A stretch of 64,000 nucleotides of DNA from Adineta vaga (taxonomy: Eukaryota; Animalia; Rotifera), in assembly GCA_021613535.1 (NCBI GenBank), contig CP075496.1, forward strand, positions 10,664,001-10,728,000, read 5' to 3'. Both the position numbers and the translations under genes were made by a program. The notes under the pieces were generated by a model. That model made no database searches and had not been told where the DNA came from. It saw only the letters and a list, made by a program, of their open reading frames with translations. Shown in pieces: positions 1 through 14,139 of this stretch (position 1 is the stretch's first letter; the number at the start of each line of letters is the position of its first letter).

Positions 1-984
1 ATATTGCACGAAATAACCATGATAAACCGACACATGTCATTATCCAAAAACTATTTTCTGTTAAAAACCATTGATAATATATTTTCGATTTATTCTCATA
101 CGTTAGGCAAGTACGTCGTTGACCACACAAAAGATCTTGTTGTTTTGGATCGTTAAATTGAAAATAAATCTGTCGTTGTATACGAGCAAATTTATTCATT
201 GAACTTACATCAGTATCTTGTTCATTGTTGGAATTTAATAGTTTAGTTTCAAGACGTTGAAATTCTTGTTGAATATCATCATGAACAATTCGAGCATCAC
301 GACCAATGATCGATAGTTCAAATGCAAAGAATATTTGACATAAATGATTTTCATTGATAATAAAATCAGGAATATTTATATGGTATTGACGAGTATGAAA
401 TGGTGTTTCGATTAAACGTATATCACGATACAAACATGATTGAATTCGTAACCATGATGATTTATCATAAAGCTAAACAAATGAAAATGAATTTTTGTAC
501 ATGTAAAATATTTTCCTACTTGATAATCGACATATTTTCGTCGTAAAGTATTATAATAATTCGTTGCTGTTACTGTCAAATAATTCAATAACTGTGGATG
601 TTTTTGTATGAAACCTAATTCTCTTTTAATCATATCAATTTGAATACGTTTTTTCAACAAAAGTTGCTCGGTACAACCTTTTGATTCAAATAAAATAAAT
701 ATATAACAAATAATAATAATAATAAACATCATCAAACCATAGATCATCTTTACAGTTGCACTTAATTCTTGTTTTCCAATTTGTAATACAATAATAGTAA
801 TTAAAAAGACAAGCCAAAGGAATATATTTGATACTAATGATGGTATACGTGCATGACGATTGAATGATGATTGTATTGGTGATTGAAAACTTCTCTCAAG
901 AAAAGATGTTAATGATATATCGTTTGATGAGGATGATGAAGATAATGCATTGGTATTATGAATAAGAATTGTAAAAGGGAACAT
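1..984 (-). CDS. TMEM151-like membrane protein, 3' end runs off the window
   Basis: Exon 1 984-520 has two TM helices. A GT-AG intron at 519-473 is followed by exon 2 from 472, open to the window edge (LYDKSSWLRIQSCLY...ENSFWIMTCVGLSWLFRAI). The FW...LSW.FR motif and layout recall TMEM151. Confidence 0.55.
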
Positions 985-3108
985 AGAGAAGAAAATTTGT
1001 TTAAGATGAACAGAAGTGAACGTAAAAGAAGGAGAATAAAACAGAAATGCGCGTGAAAAAAAATGGAAAAATAATGGTTTTAAATATTGATTTTCTACTG
1101 GCGCATTTTGAATTTCTTTTCATAAGTAATAAGAAATCTTAGTCTTTCTTAATGAAACTGCACAAGAGATTAAACTGGTAGGAATGTATACGCATAACAT
1201 CACAAAAACATTATATAGAGATTTATCGATAATTTATAATTACTAAAACATTGCTGTAATGTATTTAGCAAATGTAACAAGTTTTAAAAGAACAAAAAGT
1301 AGATATCTGATATGTAAAATAATAAGAACAATATTTACAACAATTGATGGTTGACCTACGTTTCGTATTATTCTTTTCGAACATCTGATGACATGTCCGG
1401 ATGTTCGTAAATATTTGTGTTTGTGTACAGGAGATCATAAACGGAAAAGCAAAAGGAACTAAACAAACGTGTTCCTACAACCTTCCGAACACATTTTTTC
1501 CTGAATAACCTTTTGATTTAAGTGAATTTCTATCGTTCGAAGTTCAGAATGACAAGGTAATACCTATTATTGATATAAAGAATTTGTTCATCTAATTAAA
1601 ATCCAATAAATTTTCTTTGGATTCAAAAAAAGAGAAAGAAAAACAATAATCATTAATTGTTAATTCAATACATGAACCTAACCTATGTTTTATTCATAAG
1701 TCATGTTTCAATACACTTGTTACTTTCATATCAATTCGAAAAGGTTTTTTTTCTTTCAAGCAATCATTCTTACATACTTAATGTGAATTAGTATAAGAAT
1801 GTATTATATTTAAAAACGTTCGTTATCACGCAATAGGATTGATTGAAAGGAATAAGTATTAAGACTCATTTCCGGTTTTTATTACGCCTCGATACATATA
1901 CTTTACATTTCAATGACTATTAAATAGTAATATATTGTATGACGACGATGTGATGTTGTCTTTTCTCGCTGTACTTTTTATTTGCTCGAATGTATAGTAC
2001 AACAAAGCTTTTGTTGCTTTTAAGCTCGTGTAGATGTTGTTCACCGGTGAAAAGACATATACTCACGTATTGGTTCGAACAAAAAAGAAAACTAGAGAAT
2101 AAACAAGAACGAAGACGGGTCATCTTGAACATTGAAAGAATAAGAGAACGAAAGAACAAAAAAAATCAGTCTCTTTCTTTTCGACTTAATCCGATAACTA
2201 ACACTTCGGTCACACAATGAGGGGCAATTAGAATGACTCTCTCTCTGTTATTCGACTAGCAAGCTGAGACTAATCCTTGGGGCGGACTACTACGTTACTT
2301 TTCTTATTTCTATTTAATTATCTAATTGAACGCGTGTTCGAGTCATCTGACCCTTTCGTATCTATGATTCATCTAATCGATTCAATTTTATATTGATCAC
2401 ATCTATATCTACTAACCTTGAATGTTCTACTTACTAATATTTACAAAAAGTCATATTCATTTCGCATATTTTCTTCACTAGACTAAAGCAAAAAGGTAAG
2501 TATCATATCTTTTCTGGGATTTTTCTTTCTTTACTATAGTACTTAGTTACAGAACTGTGATAGATAAGATGGTACTCTTATATTTTCTTTTTCTCTCTCT
2601 TTTTTCAAAAAATATATCCATCGAAATATTTGACGTCAGTCAAGACATGGCATCTCCAATTATGAGTTCACGATTTCATATACAAGATGAAAAAGAGAAT
2701 AAGAAGAACTGTCTGCACTTCTTTTCATACACATATATATATATTGACAATAATGTATCGATGTGTGAAATGGCGATGTTATATTTTTGTCGACATTTCA
2801 CTTATGAAGTCTTGTCACTTTCTCTTTGTGTATATGTAAGGTCTATTTAATAAAAGCTGCTGTATTTTATCACAAGAAGTGACGACGTATTTCTTTTAAA
2901 AAGAGAATGAAACAACACAATGTTTTCACTGACTGTGTTTTTTTTTCTTCTTTATCGCTTACAACTGATCGATATGCCTTTCGTTTCTCTTCTCTACTTA
3001 AATATATATATATATATATATTTGACAGCAGTTACTAGAAATAATAATTTTATTTTCTTTAAGACATTATGGTTTCTTATTAAATCATTCGAAAATAAAA
3101 TTAACAAA

Positions 3109-6100
3109 ATGTCTCGTGTTGCAAATAATCTCCCACCAATGCGTTATACAAATGGTGTTGGTCAACCAACAAAATCAATAATAAATCGTTCGGCAAGTAA
3201 TGCCAGTAGTATAACTAGTATTGATGGTATTGAAAAACGTGTTTTTAATGTCCGAAGTGCAGCATCACCATCAATACAAAAGGAAACAGTTCATGCTTGT
3301 CCATTATGTAATAATGAATATAAAGATCCACGTGTATTACCTTGCACACATACATATTGTTTTAATTGTATTCGAGATAAATTAATAAATAATAGTCGAC
3401 TTACATGTCCCAAATGTCATTATCAAGTAAGTTTTTGTTTATATATGTCTTAGAGAGATGAACAATAGATGAGTCTTTTATTGTAGTATAAGGCTTTTTA
3501 TTTTAAGAAAAGAAAAGTCCATGAAGATGTCCTTCATCCTTTAACAAACGAAAGATAAGAATATCTATAAGTATTATTGAAGTTTTTCAAACAAGTATAA
3601 TATAATAGATAATTTTAATTTACAAAAAGATGACGAATCTTTTATGTATCCATTCGAACAGATTGCTCTTTGTGATTCCATTCGATCAATATTTTTTTCT
3701 TTCATCTAGGTTCATCCATGTGATGAAACATATTTACAAGATTTACCTCCTAATCTTATCTTGAGTCAAGAATGGCGTATAGGTGCTCGTCCTACACCTA
3801 TGATTCCTCCAGTAAAAAGATCAATGACCTATCAACCATTTCCTTCCTCCACACTCTCCTCATCGCCATTACCATTATCGCACGTGGTCTTACGTCAATT
3901 ACCCTCAACACAAGAATCGGAACAACGACGATCAATTCTAATTGAATATAATCCACAGAATGTTTCATCTACAAATGATACAAATCTAAATGGTATTGCA
4001 TCTATTGTTAATGCATTCAATCGATCATCGGTAAATGGAGAGAATGGAAATCGAACATCACGTTCATCTAGTGTATCAAGTATACAACCACTTGTATCTA
4101 ATTTAATCAAAGTTTATTCTGAAGTTATACCAACAAAATCTCAACGGATTGAAAATGTTATATCAACAGATAAACATGATGAATTAATTAAAATCTTTGA
4201 GCAAGCAAGATCTGATAGTTTTCAACAACCACGAACATCTTCACCATTGAATAGCAAACAACCAGTGCAAGCACGTGAAGAACCTTGTGAAGAGATTACA
4301 TGGGATAGTCTTGTTCATGGGTAAGATTTTTGTACCAATTCTATTTCAGATCAACATAATAAATCAATATATATATATGTTTGTAGAACAACTCCAGTTG
4401 CTCCATCTTTACCAGATCAATTACAATCAGCAATCGAAAATCATCATCATCCACCAGAAGAACCAGAACGATTAGTATCTGTTTCATCATCAAATTTCGA
4501 GAATCTTCGTGAAATAATTACATCTATTCATCAACAAATACCGGAAAAAACTTCATCCCACCAACCAATTTCGGTCGTCGATACACAGCAGAACAATCGA
4601 TTGACAGCAGGTTATCAATTACATGATGCTGATGAGGATGATGAAGATGACGAAGATATTATTGCACAAATATCAAATAGAAATATATCACAACAACATA
4701 TTCGTCAAACTAGTAATACAGAAAGTATCCACAGTGGTGCTAGTGATTCAATGTCAAGACGATCACCAATTATCAATAATGTTCAATTAAGAACACATAC
4801 ATCACCTATACATGAACAAGAAGATGATAATATATCACCACTTACAAGTTTATCATCTCGACGTTCTCTAGATCGTTTTCCACCACCACCATCACAACAA
4901 CAGATGGAAATACAACAATCTCCATCACCAAATGATTTGATTAAACAACGAACAATATCTTCATTGTCATATCGTTCATCTATTAACGATGAACAACTTA
5001 ATACACATGAAGTTAGTGATAATTTCTATAAATAATATATCTTTAATAATTTCACAATTTTCACTCTTACTCTAGATAAACTTACAACGAACAGAACGTT
5101 TCAATCTGAATGATAATATTTCGCCAACATTTCATCGAAATAATTCTTCTCAACTAGGTAGCTATCCTTCAACTCCAATACTTCGTCCATCTTCAAAATC
5201 GAATGAACATGATGCACATGTATCTCATCAACAGGAGAATTATTTATCCTCAACATCATCATTATTAATTCCATCAGCTGTATCATCACGTGTTGAAACA
5301 TTATTATCAGATCAGAAACGTTTAGAACGTGAAATTGATGAACAAATCAGACATTTAAGATATGATTTCGATGATGTTCGCAAACAGATTAATCGTAAAC
5401 AATCTGCTATTCATACAGAAGTAAAAACTATAGCTGCACGCCTTGATGACGATATAACCGAACATTATCATCGAAAGCAAAAAATCTATGCTGATTTAGC
5501 TGCAGATACAAATACAGTTGGGACAGAATTAGAACGTTTAAAATCAAATACAAATAGAAATAAACAACAATTATGGGACAATCTTGAACAAATCGAATCA
5601 AATATACGTAATATTCGTCAAGCTGTTGAACAACACAAAGAACCTCATAGTGCTTTAACATTTGCTGAAGGACGTCGTGCTATAGGTATTGATACAATAG
5701 GACAAATAACATATAATGGATTTGAACCAGATCAAAATCAAACTTCATCAACAACATCAAAACCGCTTCAACTGTAGAACAACCAATAAATAGTCTAACA
5801 CCATATAAATATGTTAAAATTGATCATTTATCTAATTTAGAACCGGAAGCTATTGCTATAACAGAAAATAAGAAGAAAATTTTATTAGGTATTTGTAATA
5901 AATTATTTATTCTTAATGAATTTGGTGATATTTTAAAAACCATTTCATTAAAACCAAGTATACGTGGTATAGCTGTCTCAAAAAAACATCAAACATATAA
6001 TATTGCTTATGTATCACATGATGAAAGTGTTACTATGATTGATACTGATACTGGAAAAGAATTAGATTCTGTAAAAGGTATGAAAAAAAATCAAATTTTA

Positions 6101-6929
6101 TTCAAACATTATATTTATTTCACGTGTGTTTTTGTAGAAACTGATTCAATCGAAGATTCAGGAACATTTTTACCATTAGGTATCGATACTGATAATATAC
6201 TTGGTTGTGTTTATGTTTGTGATTATCGTAATTCATGTATAATTAAATTTGATGATAAATTAGAATTTATCACACAATGGAGAATATATAATCATTCAGA
6301 TCAATATGAAGAAGGTAAAGTTTTTATGAGATATTGAAGTCTTTTCTTTTTTGCATAATAAAATAAAGTATATTGAAATTGATTCCATGTTCTCATATGT
6401 TTAGCTCGACCAAAATTGATTTCTATTTATGGACAACGTTTATATATGATTGTTGAACATTCATGTAAACCTTATTATAATCAAGGTAGAATATTATTTT
6501 TTGTCATTTATTTTTAACTTTAAAACTATCTTCTCTATAGGTATTGCCTATACATTTTCTCTTCATATTTGTGATATTAATTCGGGTAATATAATCCGAA
6601 TAATCGATGCGGATATATTATCAACTCAACGTCTTCGTTGGCCATGTTCAGTTCATGCAATTCATAACGATCAATGTTATGTATTAGATACAATGACATC
6701 GGGAAAATATTTCAATGGTCAATGGCAAAAACATTGGTCACGTGTATTGGATATAAAATTAAATGATACGAATGTTGTAACAGAATTATTTCAATTAGAT
6801 AGTGAAGCTGCAACAATGGCATTAACAAAACAGACAATGATTATATCTGCAAATGGAGAAATACTTTTTGTTGATTTAGCATTTGTTCAACAGCAACAAT
6901 TACAACAAAATGGTCATGAACATCATTAA
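3109..6929 (+). CDS. TRIM-like protein: C3HC4 RING, long low-complexity linker, coiled coil, NHL-like beta-propeller
   Basis: RING CPLC..PRVLPCTHTYCFNC..TCPKC is followed by LPPN. Introns at 3427-3709, 4321-4386, ~5011-5076 and further short ones. Coiled coil ~5300-5640, and propeller motifs LEPEAIAI, PLGIDTD..VYVCDYRNSCIIKF, LRWPCSV. There is a frame break at ~5726-5777 (see findings). Confidence 0.75.
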
Positions 6930-7164
6930 CATAATTGATTTCGGCCTAATATACAATTTAATTTTCTTAAATAATTTCTCAATGATGACATGTTCTATTT
7001 TTAAAAAGAAAGAAACCAAACTTATTGTAGTGTATCAGACATACTTTCTTTCGATTACTCTGCTTTTCTTTTCTCTTCGCATAATGCAAATAAATAAGGG
7101 ATTTCTTGTTCGTTTCTTTTTCTCTCTCTCTCTTCTGTCTTGATTAGATTTGTTAACTCTTTAT

Positions 7165-7185
7165 TATATATATATATATATATAT
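7165..7185. repeat. (TA)n microsatellite
   Basis: Direct reading of the sequence. Confidence 0.85.
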
Positions 7186-8644
7186 GTTTGATTTTGAAAA
7201 AAGATCCTCTTAACTTTATTTCTTTGTTTATGAAAAGAATAAGTACTCGAATAAATTTCCATATCTTGATTAAATACCGAAAGATTTAGACATATTACTA
7301 ATATAATTACTATGATATTCTCTGTCTTTATCTACATTGTAGTAATATTGATTATATGAATTGAATTTATAATCTCAACTTTGAACAATCTACTTCATCT
7401 TATTTTGATATTGATTAAAAATGAACGAGATATATTAATGTAAATGAAATCATTTTGAAGATAAAAAATGTATCAATGCATTATTAATAAAGAGAAACTA
7501 TTTATGAGAATTTAACATGAAATGTATTTACATGAGATCAAAAGGTGGGATTAGTATAATACTCAATTGACGAAATAGCTCTGTACTAAAAAGAAACATA
7601 GGTTATAGTAGAGAAAAGATCAATTATTAAAAGGAGTACATAGAAAGAGAAAATTATCTGTTATTCGATTGATTAGTTATTGTTTGAATAAATTTTCGAA
7701 ACAATGAACAATATTCTTGTGTTTGTCACACTGTTTAATTTTGACAAGTATAATATAATTTAAAATTCAATTTATTTCTCTCTTGTCAACCCTCGATCAT
7801 TTGTCGAGAGTCTGTTAAATATTTAGAAATGGTTTTTCGAGGCAATACGACTTTTTTTTCTATGAATGAATTCAATAAATGACATTGAAAAATCGATTCA
7901 ATTTGTCCTTGTCTTTTCTCGTTGTATGAACAGCTGGATTTGATATTTGGATATTGTTGAATTAGTTAGAATAAAAACAAAACTATGATTAAATAAATAG
8001 ATTGGAATGTATATATCGTTATACATGCTCTTTTTTTTGTTCTTTTTCGTTCGATTCATATTCATACGTTGTGACTTGTCAATGTAAAATGAAGAAGAAA
8101 GATATATGAATGATATGATAGAATATTACTGTTCGAAAGACGATGTAAAGGTAAGAATGAGTGGATGTAGATTATTAAATAACACCTCCACATATAAAAA
8201 TGAATATAAGAGAAGAGAAACGAGAAACGAGAAAAAGAACAGAAGCCTATCGCAAGAACATCTCATTTACTATTTAACGACTAAGAATACGCGCAAGACG
8301 ACGAAGAAGAGAAAAAAGGTTCCCTTCATTTTTTTTCTGTCCCTTTCGTTTTCTTTTCGTTGAGGTGTGAGCGTGTATACGTCATTATTAATAGCAACTA
8401 TATTTTCACCTTCAACGTTTATGCATTCACTGTCATTATACATTTAATCAAAGTACGTATTCAGCTGATTCGACAATCTTCATATCTTTAAAAATCATCA
8501 AAATAGGAAGTCATCATTCTATCAGATAGATGACAATATCATCTTTTGAATACTCCCACTCGTGTTCAAAACGACCTCTATATATCCATTTATACATTCC
8601 AACTTATTCTGTCTGTCTGACCATGTTCATTATAAACATAAACT

Positions 8645-8776
8645 CGTTCGTTCGTTCGTTCGTTCGTCCTCTATTTGAATGCATCAGTTTGTCCACTCGT
8701 CTCGTCTCGTCTCTTCAGGTCATCAGTAAAAGAAAACAGAAAGAGGAGGACGAGAGGAGAAGAAGAAGAAGAAGAA
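8645..8776. repeat. Cluster of short simple repeats (TCGT)n, (CTCGT)n, (GAA)n upstream of the Rho gene
   Basis: tcgttcgttcgttcgttcgt, ctcgtctcgtctcgt and gaagaagaagaagaa read directly. Confidence 0.7.
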
Positions 8777-8959
8777 AAAACTTACTGTTCATTTTCTTTT
8801 TTCATCATCCTTTTGTGCATATCATTAAATCATCATCAACATCGTCAATGTTTATTAATAGGTAAACGCACACTCGATAGACTGCGTGCGACAAGATATT
8901 TAACTCATGAATAGATTGTTAAATATGTCGAAATATTCATATTGTCTTTCTTTTAGTAC

Positions 8960-10019
8960 ATGTCAAAATCGAAATCACATAACTATAGACCAGCAACAGT
9001 GACATCAGTAACTGAAGAGATAAAAGTGGTTGTTGTTGGTAAGTTCAATTGATTAAAAGTTTATTTGATAATTATTCTATTAATAGGTGATGGTTATACA
9101 GGCAAAGTAAGAAAATTATAATGATTTCATTGGAAATTTGTATATAATTCTTTGAAGACAACATTATGTATTGTGTATAAAGATGGAGAATATCCACAAG
9201 ACCCTTATGTACCGACAATTTTTGAGAATTATGCTGGTAAATAAATGAAAACGAAGAATGAATTTAGTTTATACATGTATATATATATTATTAAACTATC
9301 TCTTAGCTACGGTGACAATAAACAATAAAAAATATATTCTAAACTTATTCGATAGTGCTGGACAAGTAAAGAAATTTCTTTTCTTCTAAAAAAAAGGAAC
9401 CATTCTTCATTTTCAATATTATTCTATTCAAGGAAGAATATGATCAACTACGTATCATGGCTTATCCAAATACCAATATATTTATTCTTTGTTTTTCTGT
9501 TGTTGATCCTGATAGTTATTCAAATATATTAAGTAAATGGATACCTGAATTAAATCGTATGTATTAAAGCAAAAAACATTTAAGTTTTGAAAGAAATACT
9601 TGACAAATATCATTTAAGGGTATGCACCACGAATACCAATAGTACTTGTTGGAACTAAATTAGATTTACGTAATGATCCATCAACATTAGAACAATTAGC
9701 AGAAAAGAACCAACGACCAATAACTCAATCTCAAGGAGAATATTTAGCACGTATTTGTTCAGCAAAAGCTTATTTAGAATGTTCATCGATGCTGAATTTT
9801 AATGTAAGAAATGTTTTTGAACAAGCCGTTGAAATACATAATTTACAAAACCAACGACATCGACATAGAATAAATGGTGGACGAAGAATTCTATCATCGA
9901 AATTTCAATCATGTTCATGGTTTGGATCATTATTATGTTGTACAAATGGATCTCGAACGTCATCATCGAAACGACATAAACGAACAAAAAAAGATAATCA
10001 GAATCGTTTTACAATGTGA
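8960..10019 (+). CDS. Rho-family small GTPase (Rac/Rho-like, atypical C-terminus)
   Basis: The spliced product is KVVVVGDGYTGKTTL, YVPTIFENY, LFDSAGQEEYDQLR.MAYP.T..F..CFS, VLVGTKLDLR (Rho insert), YLECSS. It has five short GT-AG introns. Confidence 0.92.
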
Positions 10020-10733
10020 GCTTAGAAGTTTTTTTTCTATTAATTTGTGCAATTTGCACAGTTCAACTGTGATGCAAAAACAAAAATAATTATTTCCATT
10101 GTTCGACATTTCTTTTGCTTTTTATTTGATTGATTTCAAATGAAATGAATTGTATTTGTTTTTCTTTTCTTTCAAATATGAAATTTGTTCAAAATTGAAT
10201 GTCTCATATAGTCACACAAGATGTTTATAATTTGGATTTTTGGATATTGTTCTCAGAAAAAAAGTTCGAATATAAGAAGAGAAATTGACTATGTACGTAT
10301 CTTTATGAGTAAAGTGACCTTGAATAATTCTGGAAAATGTAACATAAATCATCTGACTTGTAAGATAGTTGCTGCATTTGATAAACACTTTCGATCAATG
10401 ACACCGTCCAATAGCGCTCTCTATTTCTGTTTATTTATCTCATCCTTCAAAGAAACGAACGAACAATGATGTTCAAAAGAGAATAGCTTTGTCTGTGTAT
10501 GGACTAATATCATCTGGGACAGACAGACACACATGAGTTTTTCTTAAGAAATCAAAGACCCAATCAAATTGTATTAGATTTGTGATAATTTCGTTTTGTA
10601 CGTACACTGTGTCAAATGAAAACATATGTATATACTAATATTTATATAGTTTATTGTATCTGAATATATACTTTTGATGTATGATAATCAAACGTTTGCT
10701 TTAGATATTGTAAGCTTTTAGAAGATATAGCAC

Positions 10734-12564
10734 ATGGCATCATCTTCATCACCAACAGTGAGTAAATTAATCGTGCTATAATAAAATGAGAAATTTTAAT
10801 AATAATAATAATACTATATAAAAAACTTCTACATATTAATTTGTTTCTATTCAAATTAAAGGTCGTCTCACCAGATCCAACTGTTGATAATAACAGTGAT
10901 GGTAGTAGTGAAGAAGAAGAAGATGTTCGCTCATCAAATAAAACACGAACAGCTTATTCATGTATTCAAATTATCAAAGTACACCTTCGATAGTCTAATA
11001 TAGCGTTTGAACTAATAGTTCTATTTTTCTCTCTATTTCTTCTGACATATAGGAAAGTCATCGACAACAGATTTATGCAGTTGAAGTTAATACTCAAGTA
11101 CAGTATCAAAATGGAATTCTATTTGCTAGTGTTGGTGCCAATTCTGTATGTATTTTGAATTGATTTCAATGATTTGTAAAAGTATTTATTTTCCAAATAG
11201 ATTCAAATATATAAATTCGATACGAATACAAATAAAACACAATTAGTGCATGCTTATCTAGATCCTGATGTAAATCATTGTTTAAATGAAGCGAACTGTA
11301 ATCGATTGAATTTCATATTTTTTTAAAGGCAAATGAAGAATATTTTGCATGTGCATGGACGACAATTGATGATAAAAGTGAAGATTCACCGAAAATTCTT
11401 CTTGCAGCTGGTGGAGAACGTGGTGTCATTCGTGTTCTGGATATTCATCGAAAGGCACAGCATACTGCGGTTAGAAAATACAAAATTTCTTATTATCTAT
11501 CTATGCTTATTCAATCTAACTTTTTAGCTTTTACAAACAGGGGCTATTAATCATATAACATTTGCCAAAGCCAAACCTAACCTTCTCTGTACAGCTAGTA
11601 AAAGTACGAAGATAGACGATGTTGATTCGTTTTCTTTTCTATTGTTATTCATATTCCAGATTTTACGATAACATTATGGGATGTTCTTTCATCCATGTGT
11701 CTTGCTGTCTTTCATGGACCCAATGGTCATACAGATCAAGTTCTTTGTGTGGTAAACAAATAAATTTCTAACATTATGTATATATACGAATGATTACTCA
11801 AAGGATATAAATGATTCATGCACAATGCTCGCTTCAGCTAGTATGGATCGATCTGTATTTGTATGGTCATTAACAAGTGATAAAATTCGTGAACAAATCG
11901 ATTTAGCTGAAAATCCGATTCATGAACAAAAACGTCGATTAATCAAAGCATATCCTGTCGCTTTTGCAGATATTGAAGCTAAAGCTAAAACACTTCATTC
12001 ACATTATGTTGATAATGTTCAATGGTATGGTGATGTATTACTTTCTCGAGTAAGTTCATCGTTTTTATTTTCGATAAATTTATCTAAATTCTAAGATCAT
12101 TCTTCTTTCTAGTCGGCTGATAATACATTTTGTTTATGGCAACCAATTCTTGGTAATACGACGAAAGCATCATCATTTAAATTACTTTTGAAATGGGTTG
12201 TCAATGAAAAGGAATATATTTGGTTTCTCAAATTTGATATTTGTCGTGCTAGTCAAGTAAAATTTGTAGAAATGAATGTTATTTGTTACTTGTTTTGTTC
12301 GTCTTTAGTTACTTGCTATTGGTACATTGGATGGTCAAATTCAAGTATGGGATCTTCGCCATCATATGCATAATCCATCTGTGGAGTAAATGAAACAGTT
12401 GTTGTTTGATTAGATAATCTTTGCAATATTTTATATTTAGTTTTGTAAAATTGAAAAATCAAAATTCAAAAGCAAAAATTAGTCGCGTGTCATTCAATTA
12501 TGATGGTTCAATCTTAGTAGCTTGTTCCGATGATAGTCGTATCTTTATTTGGAAACGAAAATAA
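10734..12564 (+). CDS. EED: Polycomb PRC2 WD40 subunit EED/ESC
   Basis: Motifs HRQQIYAV, DPDANEEYFACAW, LAAGGERGVIRV, GHTDQVL, SASMDRS..VW, HSHYVDNVQWYGD..LS, EYIWFLKF, SFNYDGSILVACSDD..I..W. Aromatic residues sit at the methyl-lysine cage positions. Many short introns, and the start codon is inferred. Confidence 0.9.
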
Positions 12565-12920
12565 ACAATGTATGACTTCTTTTTCTTCTTTTGTTATTTT
12601 GTTATAATTATGTTACTATTGTACAGATGATATTCAATATAAAGAAAAGATAAATGTGCTTTTTTTAAATACGAGTTTCAATTTCAATATTCGTAAAAAA
12701 GTATATTGACGAGAAAGATTTTATCGAATGTTATTTATGTTAGAAAGCAAGCGATGCTCAAATAGCCGCCCGATATTTTCTTGTTAAAATCTGTCCTATA
12801 TTTGATAATTTTATATTATGAAATACTGTGAGAAACCTATCAGATGCTTAATATTGTTAAATATAGTAACGATTGTTCCCCTCTCTCCACATTTACTCAG
12901 AAAACGAATATTAAACTAGA

Positions 12921-13811
12921 ATGGCATATATGATGATACTGATATTGTCGTTGTTGATGATTCTATCAATCTCTATCTATGCTAAAGTCTATCGTCCTGT
13001 TGTACTTATGCATGGTATCACATCAACAGCTAGAGACTTGGATCAATTTGCTGGTTGGATTAATCAAACGTATCCAGGTATTTACGTTATATCGGTAGAG
13101 ATTGGCAATGGATACGATGATTCTTTTCTTTTACCAATGAATCGTCAAGTTGAACTTTTTTGCAATACAGTACGATCTGATCCTCAACTTCAACATGGAT
13201 TTAACATGCTTGGTTTTTCACAGGGTAGTATAATTGTTCGAGCGGCTGTTGAACGTTGTTCATTACCTGTCTATAATCTTATTACATTGAGTGGTATTAA
13301 TCAAGGCGTTTTTGGTGTTCCTAATCTTCAAGAACTTCCTCGACAATTTCGAGAATTAATTAGTGAATTTGCTTATGAGGATGCAATTCAAGATATTATT
13401 AGTGTTGCAGGTTATTGGCGTGATCCATATCAATTGGATAAATATTATCGACGTTGTCGTTTTCTTCCAGACATTAACAATGAACTAGCTGTCAGAAATG
13501 AAACTTATAAGATGAATATGTTGAAATTAAATGCATTTGTCATGACTTACTCCGATGTGGATGAGATTGTCACACCTGGTCTTTCAGGTTGGTTTTTAGG
13601 TTTTAATCCAAAATCATTAGTAGTAGAATCCTGGAATCAATCTCGACAATTCACTGAAGATCTTATTGGTTTACGTACATTATGGGATGAAGGGAAAATA
13701 TATCGATTTACTTCGCACGTACCACATGGTAGTTCTGATCATACACCAAATAAAGATTTTATCTTTCAAAATATTATGCCATTTTTTAATAATACACTAC
13801 CTGATATGTAG
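12921..13811 (+). CDS. Palmitoyl-protein thioesterase (PPT1-family lysosomal thioesterase), intronless
   Basis: Signal peptide, RPVVLMHG, nucleophile elbow GFSQG, QGVFGVP, YWRDP, FLPDINNE, DEIVTP, EDLIGLRTL and a C-terminal His. Confidence 0.92.
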   Translation: MAYMMILILSLLMILSISIYAKVYRPVVLMHGITSTARDLDQFAGWINQTYPGIYVISVEIGNGYDDSFLLPMNRQVELFCNTVRSDPQLQHGFNMLGFSQGSIIVRAAVERCSLPVYNLITLSGINQGVFGVPNLQELPRQFRELISEFAYEDAIQDIISVAGYWRDPYQLDKYYRRCRFLPDINNELAVRNETYKMNMLKLNAFVMTYSDVDEIVTPGLSGWFLGFNPKSLVVESWNQSRQFTEDLIGLRTLWDEGKIYRFTSHVPHGSSDHTPNKDFIFQNIMPFFNNTLPDM

Positions 13812-14139
13812 TTTTCTGATTGTTATTCTTTTCGATTCATTATTTTTCAATATATAGAACATTATATGAGTATTCTGATCTCAAGATTTAAAAAAATAAT
13901 TTTATTTTAGTAGATGTCCGACTTAGTCGATAATATTATCAAATGAAAGTTGATTGGCTCTTTGTACCTGTCATCCACCAGCATAGATAATGAGTCAGTG
14001 TCTCTTATTTCTTGCCTTATAATCGCGCAAGTTCCCATTTCCAATTCCCATCTCATATAATATATATACCTTTACAAATATTATTCAACTTTATTCATTT
14101 CTATAGAAAGAAAATTTGTTAAAAAGAAAACATTGTCCT

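Noticed and set aside
1000-3100. Short ORFs 1920-2850 and the N-terminal extension of ORF 2920
   Set aside because: F/L/I/K-rich translations typical of AT-rich noncoding DNA with no motifs. Likely promoter or 5'UTR intron.
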